A DNA stretch of 64,000 nucleotides from a virus. Both the position numbers and the translations under genes were made by a program. The DNA lies in the IMG/VR virus record IMGVR_UViG_2802429105_000002, positions 1,455 through 65,454 of that record, one strand, 5' to 3'. The notes under the pieces were generated by a model. It worked only from the letters and a program-made list of their open reading frames with translations. It did not search any database and was not told the origin of the DNA. Positions 20,951-30,844 of this stretch are shown one piece after another. Each line of letters begins with the position of its first letter. Positions within the stretch are counted from its first letter, which is position 1.

Positions 20951-21293
20951 TGAGCGACTCCAAATTGAATACCATCCACCCGAAGTCAAACCCGTCCATC
21001 GGATGGTGCTGGTCCCACAAGGCATGTCCCACAACGGTGTATTCCTCGCCGTTGGAACGCTTCAACCGGTCGCGGGCACGCACATCTGTGCCGCGCGCTA
21101 CGTAGAAGTCCGCGTTGATCGCCGCTGCCTCGCGCCGGTCGTTCGATTGTGTGAACCGGGCACCGTTGCCGCGCGAGCCGCCCCACGCGAACACCCCGTC
21201 AACAGTCCCGTGGACTGCCTTGTTCGGATTGCCGTATTTGTCTGTACCGCCCCGGAATACAGTTACCTTCTCGGATACGGTGGGGCTCAACAT
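20943..21293 (-). CDS. Head-to-tail stopper
   Basis: DKYGNP motif; position. Confidence 0.72.
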   Translation of the reverse strand: MLSPTVSEKVTVFRGGTDKYGNPNKAVHGTVDGVFAWGGSRGNGARFTQSNDRREAAAINADFYVARGTDVRARDRLKRSNGEEYTVVGHALWDQHHPMDGFDFGWMVFNLESLNG

Positions 21294-21763
21294 ACGTGGA
21301 TCGCCTCGTCATACCCCGGCTCGAACGCGCTGAACGCCGGGAACAACACATCGCCATTGCCGTACTGGAGAAACGCCGTCCCAATGCATGGCGTATCGCC
21401 GCGAGTCGTCGCTACCGTGCGCAATCCCCCGCTGCGCTTGAAACGCTTAAGGATCGCCAACTCAGCCGGGTAAAAGAACCCGTCCGGAGGTGCGCTGTAG
21501 GTGACGTTGAACGGTCCCATCTGCCGGGTAATCACCCGGTCGGGATTGCGCAACTCGCGGCGGGACGCGGCCAGCACGACCGCCCTCACGTCATCGGGAA
21601 CCCCGGTGGGGGCGTCCGGCCACAGCTGACCGGACACCACCCGTGCCCAGCTGGACACAATGCTCAACACAAGCTGCGCTTGCTCGCGAGCCTCACCGGA
21701 GAACTCCGTGTGCATGAGGGTCTGTAGCTCATCAACAGAGGCCAACAAACCCGCCATCACCAC
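21287..21763 (-). CDS. Head-to-tail adaptor
   Basis: ASVDEL...VPDDVRAVVL...RNPD...MGPF; follows capsid. Confidence 0.78.
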   Translation of the reverse strand: MVMAGLLASVDELQTLMHTEFSGEAREQAQLVLSIVSSWARVVSGQLWPDAPTGVPDDVRAVVLAASRRELRNPDRVITRQMGPFNVTYSAPPDGFFYPAELAILKRFKRSGGLRTVATTRGDTPCIGTAFLQYGNGDVLFPAFSAFEPGYDEAIHVC

Positions 21764-21770
21764 ACCCCGC

Positions 21771-22919
21771 TTACGGCACCGTGACCGTCACGGTTGCCGT
21801 CTTGGCCGCGCCACCCTGCGGTGGAACGTAAGACGCCGTGATCACCGACGTGCCCGCAGCCACACCCGTCACCAGGCCGTCAGCAGAAACCGTGGCCTTA
21901 GCCGGCGTGGCAGAGGTGAACGTCGAACGTGCCGTCACATCGGTGCCGTTGTTGTCGCGCACCTTCAACTGACGCGTACCCGTGGTCGTCAACAGCGCGA
22001 AATCGCCACCGGCAACCTTGATTCCGTCCGTGGTCAGCTGTAGCTCCACGGCGCGAATGAATCCACGGTTGGGGTCGATCACGTGCTGACGGCCCGCGAA
22101 CACGTCAAGCAACGTGCGGTCACCCAACTGCGAGTAGTCGTAGTCAGCCAGCCAGCGCAGCGCCGTACCGCCGACCGCGTACGAGGCACCCGCACGAGCA
22201 CCCTCAGGCACCACCGGGGCACGAGTGGCCAAGATGAACGCCGAACGGTGCCACACGTAGGCCTTGTCCGGAGCGATGGCCAGCGACTTGATCACGTCCA
22301 TGCCCGCCAAGCGGCCCACGTGCGCATCACGCAGCGCCGTGTTCGCCGAATCTCCCGACCAATCGGCGTGACGGAACTGGTGATCCTTGGCCAGCGCAGC
22401 GGCAACCGACGAACCCACCACCAACACGCGGTCGTTCTGCGGAACAAAGTTCTCGCCAAGACGCTGGTCGGCGGAAATGAACGCCGGAACCGTATCCGCC
22501 GGATCAATCAGCAACGTCTCCTCATAAGGAGCGCCCTCGATCAGCTCGGCGATATAGTCCTCCAGCTCATAGGCGACAGCAGAGACCTGCGGCTTGATAA
22601 CCTGATCGGTGTAGTCAACGATGTCCAACGTGCGCTGCTCATCGGTGAACTTCAATGCCGCGTAAATGTGCTTATCGAGCGTCACGGCAATTGAATGCTC
22701 GACCAGATCAGACGCGACGACTGAACGGTCAGCCGAACGCAAATCACGACGATTAGCGGTCGTGATCGCCTTGATACGAACCGTGATCGTATCGTTCTTA
22801 GAACCACCGAAGTTCGTCAGCGGATTCGTCCAAACAAGTCCAGGCAGAACAATTTCGCGCTGGAGCTGCTTGATACCAATCTCGGCAACAAGCTCGGGCT
22901 TCACAAAAATGTGAGACAA
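21771..22919 (-). CDS. Major capsid protein with C-terminal Ig-like domain
   Basis: Follows scaffold; TTG start; C-terminal ATVSADGLVTGVAAGTSVITA. Confidence 0.88.
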   Translation of the reverse strand: MSHIFVKPELVAEIGIKQLQREIVLPGLVWTNPLTNFGGSKNDTITVRIKAITTANRRDLRSADRSVVASDLVEHSIAVTLDKHIYAALKFTDEQRTLDIVDYTDQVIKPQVSAVAYELEDYIAELIEGAPYEETLLIDPADTVPAFISADQRLGENFVPQNDRVLVVGSSVAAALAKDHQFRHADWSGDSANTALRDAHVGRLAGMDVIKSLAIAPDKAYVWHRSAFILATRAPVVPEGARAGASYAVGGTALRWLADYDYSQLGDRTLLDVFAGRQHVIDPNRGFIRAVELQLTTDGIKVAGGDFALLTTTGTRQLKVRDNNGTDVTARSTFTSATPAKATVSADGLVTGVAAGTSVITASYVPPQGGAAKTATVTVTVP

Positions 22920-22960
22920 AACCCCCCACTTTCAATATTTAGTTGTTAAACAGCGGCTAG

Positions 22961-23599
22961 TTAGTAAGTACCGCCACCGCCGCGTGGAACACGCTTCAAA
23001 ACTTCATCGGCGCTGATATTCAAAGTGTCCGACTCGTCGCCAGTAGCGGCGAACTTCAACTTCGACTTCGGAGCACCGGAAGGAGGGCCGTCATTACCGG
23101 CATCATCCTTCTTATTCTTTGAATCACCCTCCGTCGTAGGCGACGGCACACTTTCCAGAAGATCGGCAATATCTGCCCGAATGTCGTCCTCGGTATCGCC
23201 ACGTACACGGCCAACCAGCTTCTTGGGCAGGCCCAGCTCGTCGGCAATCTCGCGCACAAGATCAGTGCGCTCAGCCTTGGTGACCTTGTCCTGTAGCTCG
23301 TTGCGTTCCTTCTCGGCCTTCTCCGCGCGACGGGTCAACTTCTCGATGTCAGAACCCTTTTCAGCTTCCAGTTGATCGAACTGGCTAGCCTTGGCCTTGA
23401 AGTCCTCGAATCCCTCGTACTTCTTTTCCACACGAGCGATGCGCTTCTGCATGAACTTGTTCACAGCTTCCTGCGAATCAAGAACAATCGACTCGAACGC
23501 ATCGTCATCTGACGCGTTGCCGTTATCCACCGGATCGCCGTTACCCGGATTATCAACCGGCGTGTTGGTATCAACTTCTGGAGTCACAATTTCTGGCAT
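22961..23599 (-). CDS. Scaffolding protein
   Basis: Acidic coiled-coil, RVRGDTEDDIRAD; directly upstream of capsid. Confidence 0.82.
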   Translation of the reverse strand: MPEIVTPEVDTNTPVDNPGNGDPVDNGNASDDDAFESIVLDSQEAVNKFMQKRIARVEKKYEGFEDFKAKASQFDQLEAEKGSDIEKLTRRAEKAEKERNELQDKVTKAERTDLVREIADELGLPKKLVGRVRGDTEDDIRADIADLLESVPSPTTEGDSKNKKDDAGNDGPPSGAPKSKLKFAATGDESDTLNISADEVLKRVPRGGGGTY

Positions 23600-23658
23600 T
23601 TACTACAATCTTCCTTATCTAACCAGCCAATAAATCGCGCGTTGACTGTCCCGCGCAC

Positions 23659-24927
23659 CTAGATTGCTTCTAGTTTCCGAATCGAACTGTCAAGAAACTT
23701 GACTTGCGGCGAACTCGCCGCGAACCCGCGCGACATCAGAGCCTCACGGTTATGGCGAACGTCAGCGATAATTCGCGTCCGCTCTTTCACATCCAGCACA
23801 TCTGCGCTGTACGGTGGAGGTGGCACATACTTCTGCCGGAATTCGTTCATGGCATCCTTGCCACTTAATCCGTCCGTCAGCGTGTCCCACTGATCCAGGA
23901 AATACTTGGCACGCTTGTCGTACTTGTCGGCTTCCCGATACACCGGACGCAGCGTGCAACGACAGTGGTCGTGCACCTTCGCCGGACCATCACCAAGGAA
24001 CGCGCGCCGCGTACCCTTATCGCTATTACTTGTCCACGTGACCTCGCGAATCAACGAGTTCGACCGGTCAAATGAATCCTCGCTGTAATAGACGGCCCCT
24101 TGCGAGGCCAGCACAGCGCAGAAGTAGCACGGATCGTTATCGGTGACCCGCGCATACCCAATCGCCGTCTTGCCGCCCGTGGACCGCCGCGCACGGCTTG
24201 CCTGCCTCGCCCGCGCAGAACCGTCCACCGGAACCGCAGTCCCCGATGGCGTGTAGTCCCCGAGAGCTTCCCGGACCGGCGCAATCAGCTCATTGAGCCG
24301 ACGCACACGCCCCGAAGTCTCCGCAGTGCCCTTGGCTTGCAGCTCGGCAAGCTCGGCCTCCCATTTCCGAAGAGACGCCCACTGCCGATCACGAACCGGA
24401 TTGGAGGTCAAGGCTTTTGCCTCTTGCTTCACAACCCGCCGATATTCAGCCTGCACCTGGGCAAGCACCTGCTCACGCGCGCCATCCACCGCCGCAGTAA
24501 CACCAGCACCCGTGGACGAGTTCTGACCGGCAGCCATGGCGTCGCGCTCCGGGGCCGGCATCTTGCGCTTGACCTCGATAGGACCGGTTACCCGCATCTT
24601 CAACTGCGTATCTGCCACCGGCAAAGGCACATTCACCTTCGCCAGCGGCGAGGACTGCGGATCGACAGACCACTTCGCAGCTTGCACATACTCGAACGCC
24701 GCTTGGCTACTTGCTTGGTAGCCCTTCTCAATTTCAAGCGTGGTAGCGTGCAGCCACGATGGCGTGGTCTTGTCCAGGTCGTTGAATTGCAGGATGGCCC
24801 AAAGGATTCCCAAGCCGGCCGCCACTTGATCTGCGATACCGTCCTGCTGGTCGGCATGGCGTGCCGCATACCATTCGGCAAGCGCCGGAATCGCTTTCGG
24901 CTCCTTAGGCTTGCGCTCAGTTGCCAC
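23659..24927 (-). CDS. Capsid maturation / MuF-like head protein
   Basis: YARV...PCYFCAVLASQG...HDHCRC motif; follows portal. Confidence 0.75.
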   Translation of the reverse strand: MATERKPKEPKAIPALAEWYAARHADQQDGIADQVAAGLGILWAILQFNDLDKTTPSWLHATTLEIEKGYQASSQAAFEYVQAAKWSVDPQSSPLAKVNVPLPVADTQLKMRVTGPIEVKRKMPAPERDAMAAGQNSSTGAGVTAAVDGAREQVLAQVQAEYRRVVKQEAKALTSNPVRDRQWASLRKWEAELAELQAKGTAETSGRVRRLNELIAPVREALGDYTPSGTAVPVDGSARARQASRARRSTGGKTAIGYARVTDNDPCYFCAVLASQGAVYYSEDSFDRSNSLIREVTWTSNSDKGTRRAFLGDGPAKVHDHCRCTLRPVYREADKYDKRAKYFLDQWDTLTDGLSGKDAMNEFRQKYVPPPPYSADVLDVKERTRIIADVRHNREALMSRGFAASSPQVKFLDSSIRKLEAI

Positions 24928-24943
24928 GGAACCCCCTATTTAG

Positions 24944-26368
24944 TTATGCGGCCACGCGGAGCCCGTCATTCCCCGGAACTCCCGGCTGCTTGCCCGCATT
25001 GGGGTCCTGACCCGGACCGTTGTTCCAATACAGCAATGTCTTGGTCACCGGATCGTCGTCGTGGAAATGCTTTTCCATCGCCTCAACGTCCGACTGCGTG
25101 ATACCCGGAATCAACGACCACAAGAACTGCTTGGGCATACCGAGCATCTGCGCGGCCTTGCCGTAGGCATCGACCGCCTGAGCCAACGAACGAATTTGGG
25201 TGTCCTGCCACGACACCGACGCCGTGAAGTCACGTGCCGCCGCCGCATCGCCCTCGATGTGCGCGGCAAGGCGCATCAACTGGTTGTGCGCCGACCCGAA
25301 CGTCACCTGACGCTCATAGAGTTTCTGCGTAGTGCCTTTGGTTGCCGCTGTCAGCGCATCTGCGGACAGATTGGCGAGCTTGCCGGTAAGCAGGTAGGAC
25401 GGCAGCTGCGCGTTGCTTGCCAGCGATTCCACATCCTGCTCATGGGAGGCGATGAAGCCGTCCAGCGCCGTCTCTGGCAGCGTGTAGAACTTCGCCTCGT
25501 GATTGCCGTGCATGAGAATGTCGTCCTGGGCCAATTTGAACTTGGCCTGCTGGGCTTCCTCTGGCGTTGACTCCGCGTCCAGCTCGTCAATGCCGGTGGC
25601 CACCTTGACTTTCCACGAGTTGTAATGCTGTGCAAGTAGTCGGTCGAAGTCGGTCTTGTCGATCTTGGCGGCAGCTGGAATCAGGTATTCGACCTCGCCC
25701 ATGGTGAAGCCGTCCAGATCCATCATGTTCACGTACCGCACGAACGGACACACCCCGACGCCGTGATACGCCGGCTCCGGATCAACCGGAAACTCACCGC
25801 TGGTCGGCATGGGCAGGTCGTAGTAGTACTGGTCGGTGTAGAACCGCACCGCAGAACCGTTGTGCATCAGCTCCAACGCGTAGCGCGGATACTCATCGGA
25901 CACTGGATTCTCATAGAGTGCCAGCAGCGAGCGCGGCGACAAGCCGGCCAATGTCGCCTGATTCGCGCCGTCCAACGCCACCCCTGGTAGCGCGCGCCCG
26001 TACGAGTACCCGTAGGTCAGCGCGGCGCGGTGAATTCCGATCTGCTGCTTGGCCATGTTGTTGGCGTTCCAGGTCTGCCACTGCCCTGGCGCGTTCATCT
26101 TTTCGCCCTCGGCCCGGTAGCCGTCCACGAACAGGCACTGGGTGAACGTGGTCACCACCAGCCCGAGCCACGGCGTCTTCGCGAGCTTGAGCAGCGCGCG
26201 CTTCTCCTTGTTGGCCGGGGCAATCAGGTAGTCCGGCTGCGCGCCACGCGCCCAGTTCGCGATCTTGTCCAACTTCATTCGCCGGTGAATGAACTCCGGC
26301 CACACGACATCAGAAACGTACTTCCGAACTTCATGGTGTGAAATCGCGGAAGGTAGTTCAATCGCCAA
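24944..26368 (-). CDS. Portal protein
   Basis: 474 aa after terminase; HGVGVCPFVRY, GEVEYLI, NLSADAL. Confidence 0.9.
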   Translation of the reverse strand: MAIELPSAISHHEVRKYVSDVVWPEFIHRRMKLDKIANWARGAQPDYLIAPANKEKRALLKLAKTPWLGLVVTTFTQCLFVDGYRAEGEKMNAPGQWQTWNANNMAKQQIGIHRAALTYGYSYGRALPGVALDGANQATLAGLSPRSLLALYENPVSDEYPRYALELMHNGSAVRFYTDQYYYDLPMPTSGEFPVDPEPAYHGVGVCPFVRYVNMMDLDGFTMGEVEYLIPAAAKIDKTDFDRLLAQHYNSWKVKVATGIDELDAESTPEEAQQAKFKLAQDDILMHGNHEAKFYTLPETALDGFIASHEQDVESLASNAQLPSYLLTGKLANLSADALTAATKGTTQKLYERQVTFGSAHNQLMRLAAHIEGDAAAARDFTASVSWQDTQIRSLAQAVDAYGKAAQMLGMPKQFLWSLIPGITQSDVEAMEKHFHDDDPVTKTLLYWNNGPGQDPNAGKQPGVPGNDGLRVAA

Positions 26369-26369
26369 T

Positions 26370-27878
26370 TTATGCCATCCTGTACCGCTTCTTCTTCGTC
26401 AAAGTTTCCTCTGCCGATTCCAAAGTCAAAATCCTGTTCGCATAAGAACATGCGACAATCCCCGTAATATCGACTGACGTTCCTTTACGCAGCCAGCCCC
26501 AACCGCCATGCTCGATCTTTCCGATGGGGTATTTCGTCGCGCCGGACAAGCCCGCAATCAGGGTCTCGTCGTCCAAATGCGTCAACTGTCCCGACACAAT
26601 GTCGTCATGGAATTTCGCTGTCGCCGCTGAAATCTCCTGCGGCGAGAGCATGTACACCTTGTAGCCGACCTGTTCAAGCTCCGCGCCGAACGCGCCGGCT
26701 TGCGCACCGGCCTGCACCGCCACAGCGCGTGGTGGGGTCGATGACGCAATCAACCGCTGCATCGTGGGCACAATCCAGTTCACGCCCTGATCGGCCCGCA
26801 CAACCTCGATATGCGTTCGTCCGTCCGGGCGCTTGCCCGCTACCGCGACGGAGGCCCACGCGCGATCTGGGGCCACATCAACCGAGGCGACCGTCCAGTG
26901 CATATCCACGACCGGCGCTGAGCCATCCGGCAAATCCGGAACCTTGCAGTCATCCCAGGAATCCATCGGGATCACCGAGTTGACGCGCGGGTCGTCCCAC
27001 ATGCCCATGTGCTCGCGCGCGAACTCCGCGAACGTCATCGTCGTGAACTCAGACTCCAAGTTCCGGACCGTGCAAAACGGTGCACCAAGCGAGGGCTGCG
27101 CGATCGGCCACAACGAGCGGTCAGAGGGGTCCGACCCCTCAGCCAACGACCATTCGGCGAACAGCAGCGACGGATCGACCTGCGCCACGCCCGCGTCACG
27201 GACCTTGGACAACATCTCCGACTGATCGGTGCCCGCTGACGAGGTGAACCACGTCTGCGGATTGGCATTGGCGCGCTGTGTCGGCCCCAGTGCGGCCCAC
27301 TCGGCAGGCGAGAGGGCATACGCCTCGTCACACATCACCAAGTCGATGTCGCGGAAACCACGACCCGAGTTCGGTGACCGCGCGATATAGCGGATGAATC
27401 CATTGCCGCGACCGCGCCGACGAATGGAAACTTCCTCGCCGCCGTTCTTATGCGGCAGGCACATTTCCTCAAGATCGGGATAGGAATCGATCTTGGACGT
27501 GAGCGCTTGCCACGCCTGCGTATTCGTCTTGGCCTGCTGCGAGGTATGGAAAATGCGCTCATTCAGCTCGAACAGGCCGAACATTTCGCGTGCCTCAAGC
27601 AGCTCGGTTTTCCCTTGCTGTCTGGTCACGATGAGAGCGACTTGGCGCGCCGACCATAGGTTCTCTTTTGTCTGACCGAGCGATGCCCTGAATAGGGCTT
27701 CTTGCCACGGCAGCAGCCGATACCCGAATGTCTCGATGAAATCCATGCCGTCATCGGCCATCGACGTAAAAAACGTCGGATAATTGGATAGGCGCGGTTC
27801 TTGCGAGCCGATCAGGTTCGGATAGACACTCGTGGTGTCAGTAAGTGGCTCCCAAACATCCAGTTCCGCCGTCGTCAA
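26370..27878 (-). CDS. terL: Terminase large subunit
   Basis: LLPWQ, RQQGKT Walker A, VMCDEA Walker B, SVDVAPD nuclease Asp. Confidence 0.93.
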   Translation of the reverse strand: MTTAELDVWEPLTDTTSVYPNLIGSQEPRLSNYPTFFTSMADDGMDFIETFGYRLLPWQEALFRASLGQTKENLWSARQVALIVTRQQGKTELLEAREMFGLFELNERIFHTSQQAKTNTQAWQALTSKIDSYPDLEEMCLPHKNGGEEVSIRRRGRGNGFIRYIARSPNSGRGFRDIDLVMCDEAYALSPAEWAALGPTQRANANPQTWFTSSAGTDQSEMLSKVRDAGVAQVDPSLLFAEWSLAEGSDPSDRSLWPIAQPSLGAPFCTVRNLESEFTTMTFAEFAREHMGMWDDPRVNSVIPMDSWDDCKVPDLPDGSAPVVDMHWTVASVDVAPDRAWASVAVAGKRPDGRTHIEVVRADQGVNWIVPTMQRLIASSTPPRAVAVQAGAQAGAFGAELEQVGYKVYMLSPQEISAATAKFHDDIVSGQLTHLDDETLIAGLSGATKYPIGKIEHGGWGWLRKGTSVDITGIVACSYANRILTLESAEETLTKKKRYRMA

Positions 27879-27886
27879 GATCCCCC

Positions 27887-28078
27887 CTACAACTGGAGGG
27901 AAGCGCCCCCCAATAAAGGCAAACCGGCCTCAGCCCGTTGCCTGAAAAACTCGTACTCCACGCCGTAATCCGGCCAAATCTCGTCAAACACCTCACGCCG
28001 CCACAGGCGAAGTTCCCTACGACGACTCCCCCGCGTGCAGCACCCCCGGCTACACGTCCAACGCATCATTCCCGGCAC
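27887..28078 (-). CDS. Hypothetical protein
   Basis: 63 aa ORF between the terminase subunits. Confidence 0.45.
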   Translation of the reverse strand: MPGMMRWTCSRGCCTRGSRRRELRLWRREVFDEIWPDYGVEYEFFRQRAEAGLPLLGGASLQL

Positions 28079-28446
28079 TAAGCGGCCTTCAATTGCGGAA
28101 CCGCATTCCGATTTTGGCGACGACGCGCCAATTCATCCCACTTAGACGGACCGGACTTCGACTTAGGAAGTTCCCCAAGACCCATTTTCGACAAAATCGC
28201 AGCCAACGTCGCATACTGCTGACGATGCTCAGAGATAAGCGGGTTAATCGTCTCGGTGCCCTGATCATTGATCACCGTCAACCGAGACCCAATCGTCTCC
28301 ACCAGATCATCAAGCCGATCCGCGATACGGCACGCATTCACAAGCAGCACCTTGGACGGCGCATCAAGCTCCCGGCCCGACGTAACCCCAGCCCACAGCT
28401 CTGTTCCCGCCGACGAAAGCCCGAATGGGACCTCGTTTTCCTGCAT
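28078..28446 (-). CDS. terS: Terminase small subunit
   Basis: GTELW...ACRIADRLDDL...INPLISEHRQQ; upstream of terL. Confidence 0.8.
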   Translation of the reverse strand: MQENEVPFGLSSAGTELWAGVTSGRELDAPSKVLLVNACRIADRLDDLVETIGSRLTVINDQGTETINPLISEHRQQYATLAAILSKMGLGELPKSKSGPSKWDELARRRQNRNAVPQLKAA

Positions 28447-29061
28447 CTAGTACCCCCGATTCATTGGATTAGCGCGACCTGCCCAAATGCAAGTGCGACC
28501 AGCAGTTTTCCGGCACCCTGCAACCGGAGAGAGAGGAAACGCTGGCCGAGGTAGGCGTGTGCTGACCAGGCAATTTGAGGCACCCCCCAGGGGTCCATGG
28601 CCAATCAATTCGGGTCTTGACCAGCACGAATAGCTCAGACGGTAGCAATGGGTAGCCGCAGGCAGCGTTAGCTGAGATGGCCATAGATCCGATATAAAAT
28701 CGGCACTGATTCTTGACTTGACCTGCGTTAATGCAAAGTTAGCGTGCAAACTTGGGCGCTTTGGGTGGGGTTACAGATATCGGTGTGGTTGCCGTTGAGG
28801 GTGGTTACACATAGCTGATTGGTGTATGTGGCGGTGGGTAACGGGTAAACCGAGGGTGTGAATGTTTAGGGGTTGAATCGCCCTACATGGGTTGAATAGG
28901 CACGGCGTGGGTGAATGCGCCCATGTGTGCGCGTTGGTGGCTGCGCGTGGCGTACAGCGATGCATACAGGCATGTGTTGCGTATTTGGTTGGTACGTAAT
29001 ACACATACCGGCGATGGGAATGGTCATACATGCAGGTGGTGCGTGGTTTCTTGATTCACGC

Positions 29062-29092
29062 TTGCGTTTACCGTACGTAGTTGGTACGGTAT
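29062..29092 (+). promoter_or_regulatory. SigA-like promoter overlapping 20-bp repeat copy 1
   Basis: TTGCGT-17 nt-TACGGT with TGG before the -10; upstream of the plus-strand cassette. Confidence 0.55.
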
Positions 29093-29179
29093 TGATCAGC
29101 AGGCCAGACTAGGACAGCGACAGACAGACGCTAGCGACTCTGCTAACTACCCTCCCACCCGTAGTTAGGACCCTCCCAC

Positions 29180-29722
29180 ATGAACATCACCGAACTCAGC
29201 ACCAATGACAATGCAATCCGTATCCACATCAAAGGACGCGGTATTGACGGTATCGCCAAGGTTGGCATTCGTGCCCACACAGTCAAGGCAGATTCATATT
29301 GGGATGGGGACAAGCGCGTTGAACAGCCCGCATTCACGACGGCTCGCCTCACCCTGTCATTCGCCCCTGATGAATTGACCGTCAACGGCAAGAAGTACGA
29401 CAACTACGAACACGCCGCCTTCGAACCCGCGCGCCTGGCATGCTGGCATGAGGAGATTCGCGACATGCTCACCGATGCCGGCATGCAGCGCATTGGTTAC
29501 CGCGCCACGATGTCGTACACCCATCTGACGGACAGCGCACGCGACAAGGTTAAGCAAGCCGCGATTTTGGCCGCTGATAAGTACCTCACCATTGAAGCGG
29601 CCAAGGACGCGCTGGTTGCCGACGCACTAGACGACGTTGATAGCGCCACCAAGAAGCGTGTAGAGGCCGAACGCGAAGAAACCGCAGCGCGTGAACGTCT
29701 TGCCGCCATGCGGGCACTGTGA
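29180..29722 (+). CDS. Hypothetical protein
   Basis: 180 aa ORF, first gene of the plus-strand cassette. Confidence 0.7.
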   Translation: MNITELSTNDNAIRIHIKGRGIDGIAKVGIRAHTVKADSYWDGDKRVEQPAFTTARLTLSFAPDELTVNGKKYDNYEHAAFEPARLACWHEEIRDMLTDAGMQRIGYRATMSYTHLTDSARDKVKQAAILAADKYLTIEAAKDALVADALDDVDSATKKRVEAEREETAARERLAAMRAL

Positions 29723-29750
29723 CCACATCTACCGAGACAGGACACACCCA

Positions 29751-30101
29751 ATGAGTGCCATGGACAAGATTCGTAAACTGATCGACGCGCACCCCGAGCA
29801 CCTATTGCCCTCCGCGCGCACATTCGAACAGCTCTACCGAAGCGACCCCGACGATTCCGGATACCGCCGCGTCTACTTCGAACTATCCCGGCGCGTGGGC
29901 GAGCGGTACCCGCTCAAACGTCCCGAATGGATCGACCCACCCAACGACGATTACGAATCGCCAGAATTTGAGCAGTGGGCCACCACTGACCCCTGCCAAC
30001 GCTGGTCTGACACGTTTGATCGCATCACGCGTGAACGGGGCAACGTTAACGGGCATATGTACGTCTATGAGCTACAGCAAGCGGGTAAGGACATCATCTA
30101 A
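29751..30101 (+). CDS. Hypothetical protein
   Basis: Start re-called at ATG 29751 behind AGGA. Confidence 0.65.
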   Translation: MSAMDKIRKLIDAHPEHLLPSARTFEQLYRSDPDDSGYRRVYFELSRRVGERYPLKRPEWIDPPNDDYESPEFEQWATTDPCQRWSDTFDRITRERGNVNGHMYVYELQQAGKDII

Positions 30102-30376
30102 TGTTTCAGGTTGAAGCACTCGCGCTGATATCCGTCACGGTCGGGCCGGACGATAACCCTTGGGTTGTCCGTAACCCGGTCACCGCGACTGTGCACGCTG
30201 TCAGCCACGATTGGCAGCACTGCTATGACTGGATAATCGACCACCCCGAGGCCCGGTACGTCGTCATCGAACGCAAATGCGATTATCGACCGTTCGCCGA
30301 GTACGTGACGCATGGACTCCTGTACAACGCACCATGCAAGACGCGCAGTCAGGCCGAACAACTCACCCTGATCTAA
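30101..30376 (+). CDS. Hypothetical protein
   Basis: TAATG stop/start overlap with the previous gene. Confidence 0.6.
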   Translation: MFQVEALALISVTVGPDDNPWVVRNPVTATVHAVSHDWQHCYDWIIDHPEARYVVIERKCDYRPFAEYVTHGLLYNAPCKTRSQAEQLTLI

Positions 30377-30388
30377 GGACCAAATCAG

Positions 30389-30601
30389 TTGCCCATCATC
30401 GCCGGCATGTCAGATGAGACCGCCGCATCCATGCTTGCCGCCGAACGCGTCAAGGTGGAGCGCGAACGCCGTGACCTGCTAGCCGATATGCGCGTCATGC
30501 AGACACGCCTAGACCAGCTTGACCAGCGGCTACATGAGATAGCGCGCGGTGAACGTGTACTGTCCAACCATGGCAGACGAGGTACTGGCCGCTATGCGTG
30601 A
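30389..30601 (+). CDS. Small coiled-coil protein
   Basis: ORF behind AAGGA. Confidence 0.5.
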   Translation: MPIIAGMSDETAASMLAAERVKVERERRDLLADMRVMQTRLDQLDQRLHEIARGERVLSNHGRRGTGRYA

Positions 30602-30767
30602 GCAGCACGCGGCAATCCTCGCGCTCGCGCACCAGTTCTACGACGATATACGCCGAGCCAAAGCCAACGGGTACGCATTCAGCGAGCTAGAACAGCACAC
30701 CGGGCTATCACGTGGCAGCCTGCAACGCATAGTCGCGGGCGAGAATCCGCATATCCGCGTCAAATAG
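30570..30767 (+). CDS. Small helix-turn-helix DNA-binding protein
   Basis: GYAFSELEQHTGLSRGSLQRIV HTH; start re-called at ATG 30570. Confidence 0.65.
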   Translation: MADEVLAAMREQHAAILALAHQFYDDIRRAKANGYAFSELEQHTGLSRGSLQRIVAGENPHIRVK

Positions 30768-30782
30768 CCACTATCTTTTATA

Positions 30783-30802
30783 GTACGTACTTGGTACGGT
30801 AT
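30783..30802 (+). promoter_or_regulatory. 20-bp repeat copy 2 (promoter/operator-like)
   Basis: GTACGTACTTGGTACGGTAT, 19/20 identical to 29073-29092. Confidence 0.55.
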
Positions 30803-30844
30803 GTGTGTAAGGCCGATTCGTACCCTCCCAAAGGATTACATCAC

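Noticed and set aside
15189..25101. Long plus-strand ORFs (15189-16520, 18849-20039, 24100-25101 and similar)
   Set aside because: Antisense shadows of well-supported minus-strand structural genes in GC-rich DNA.
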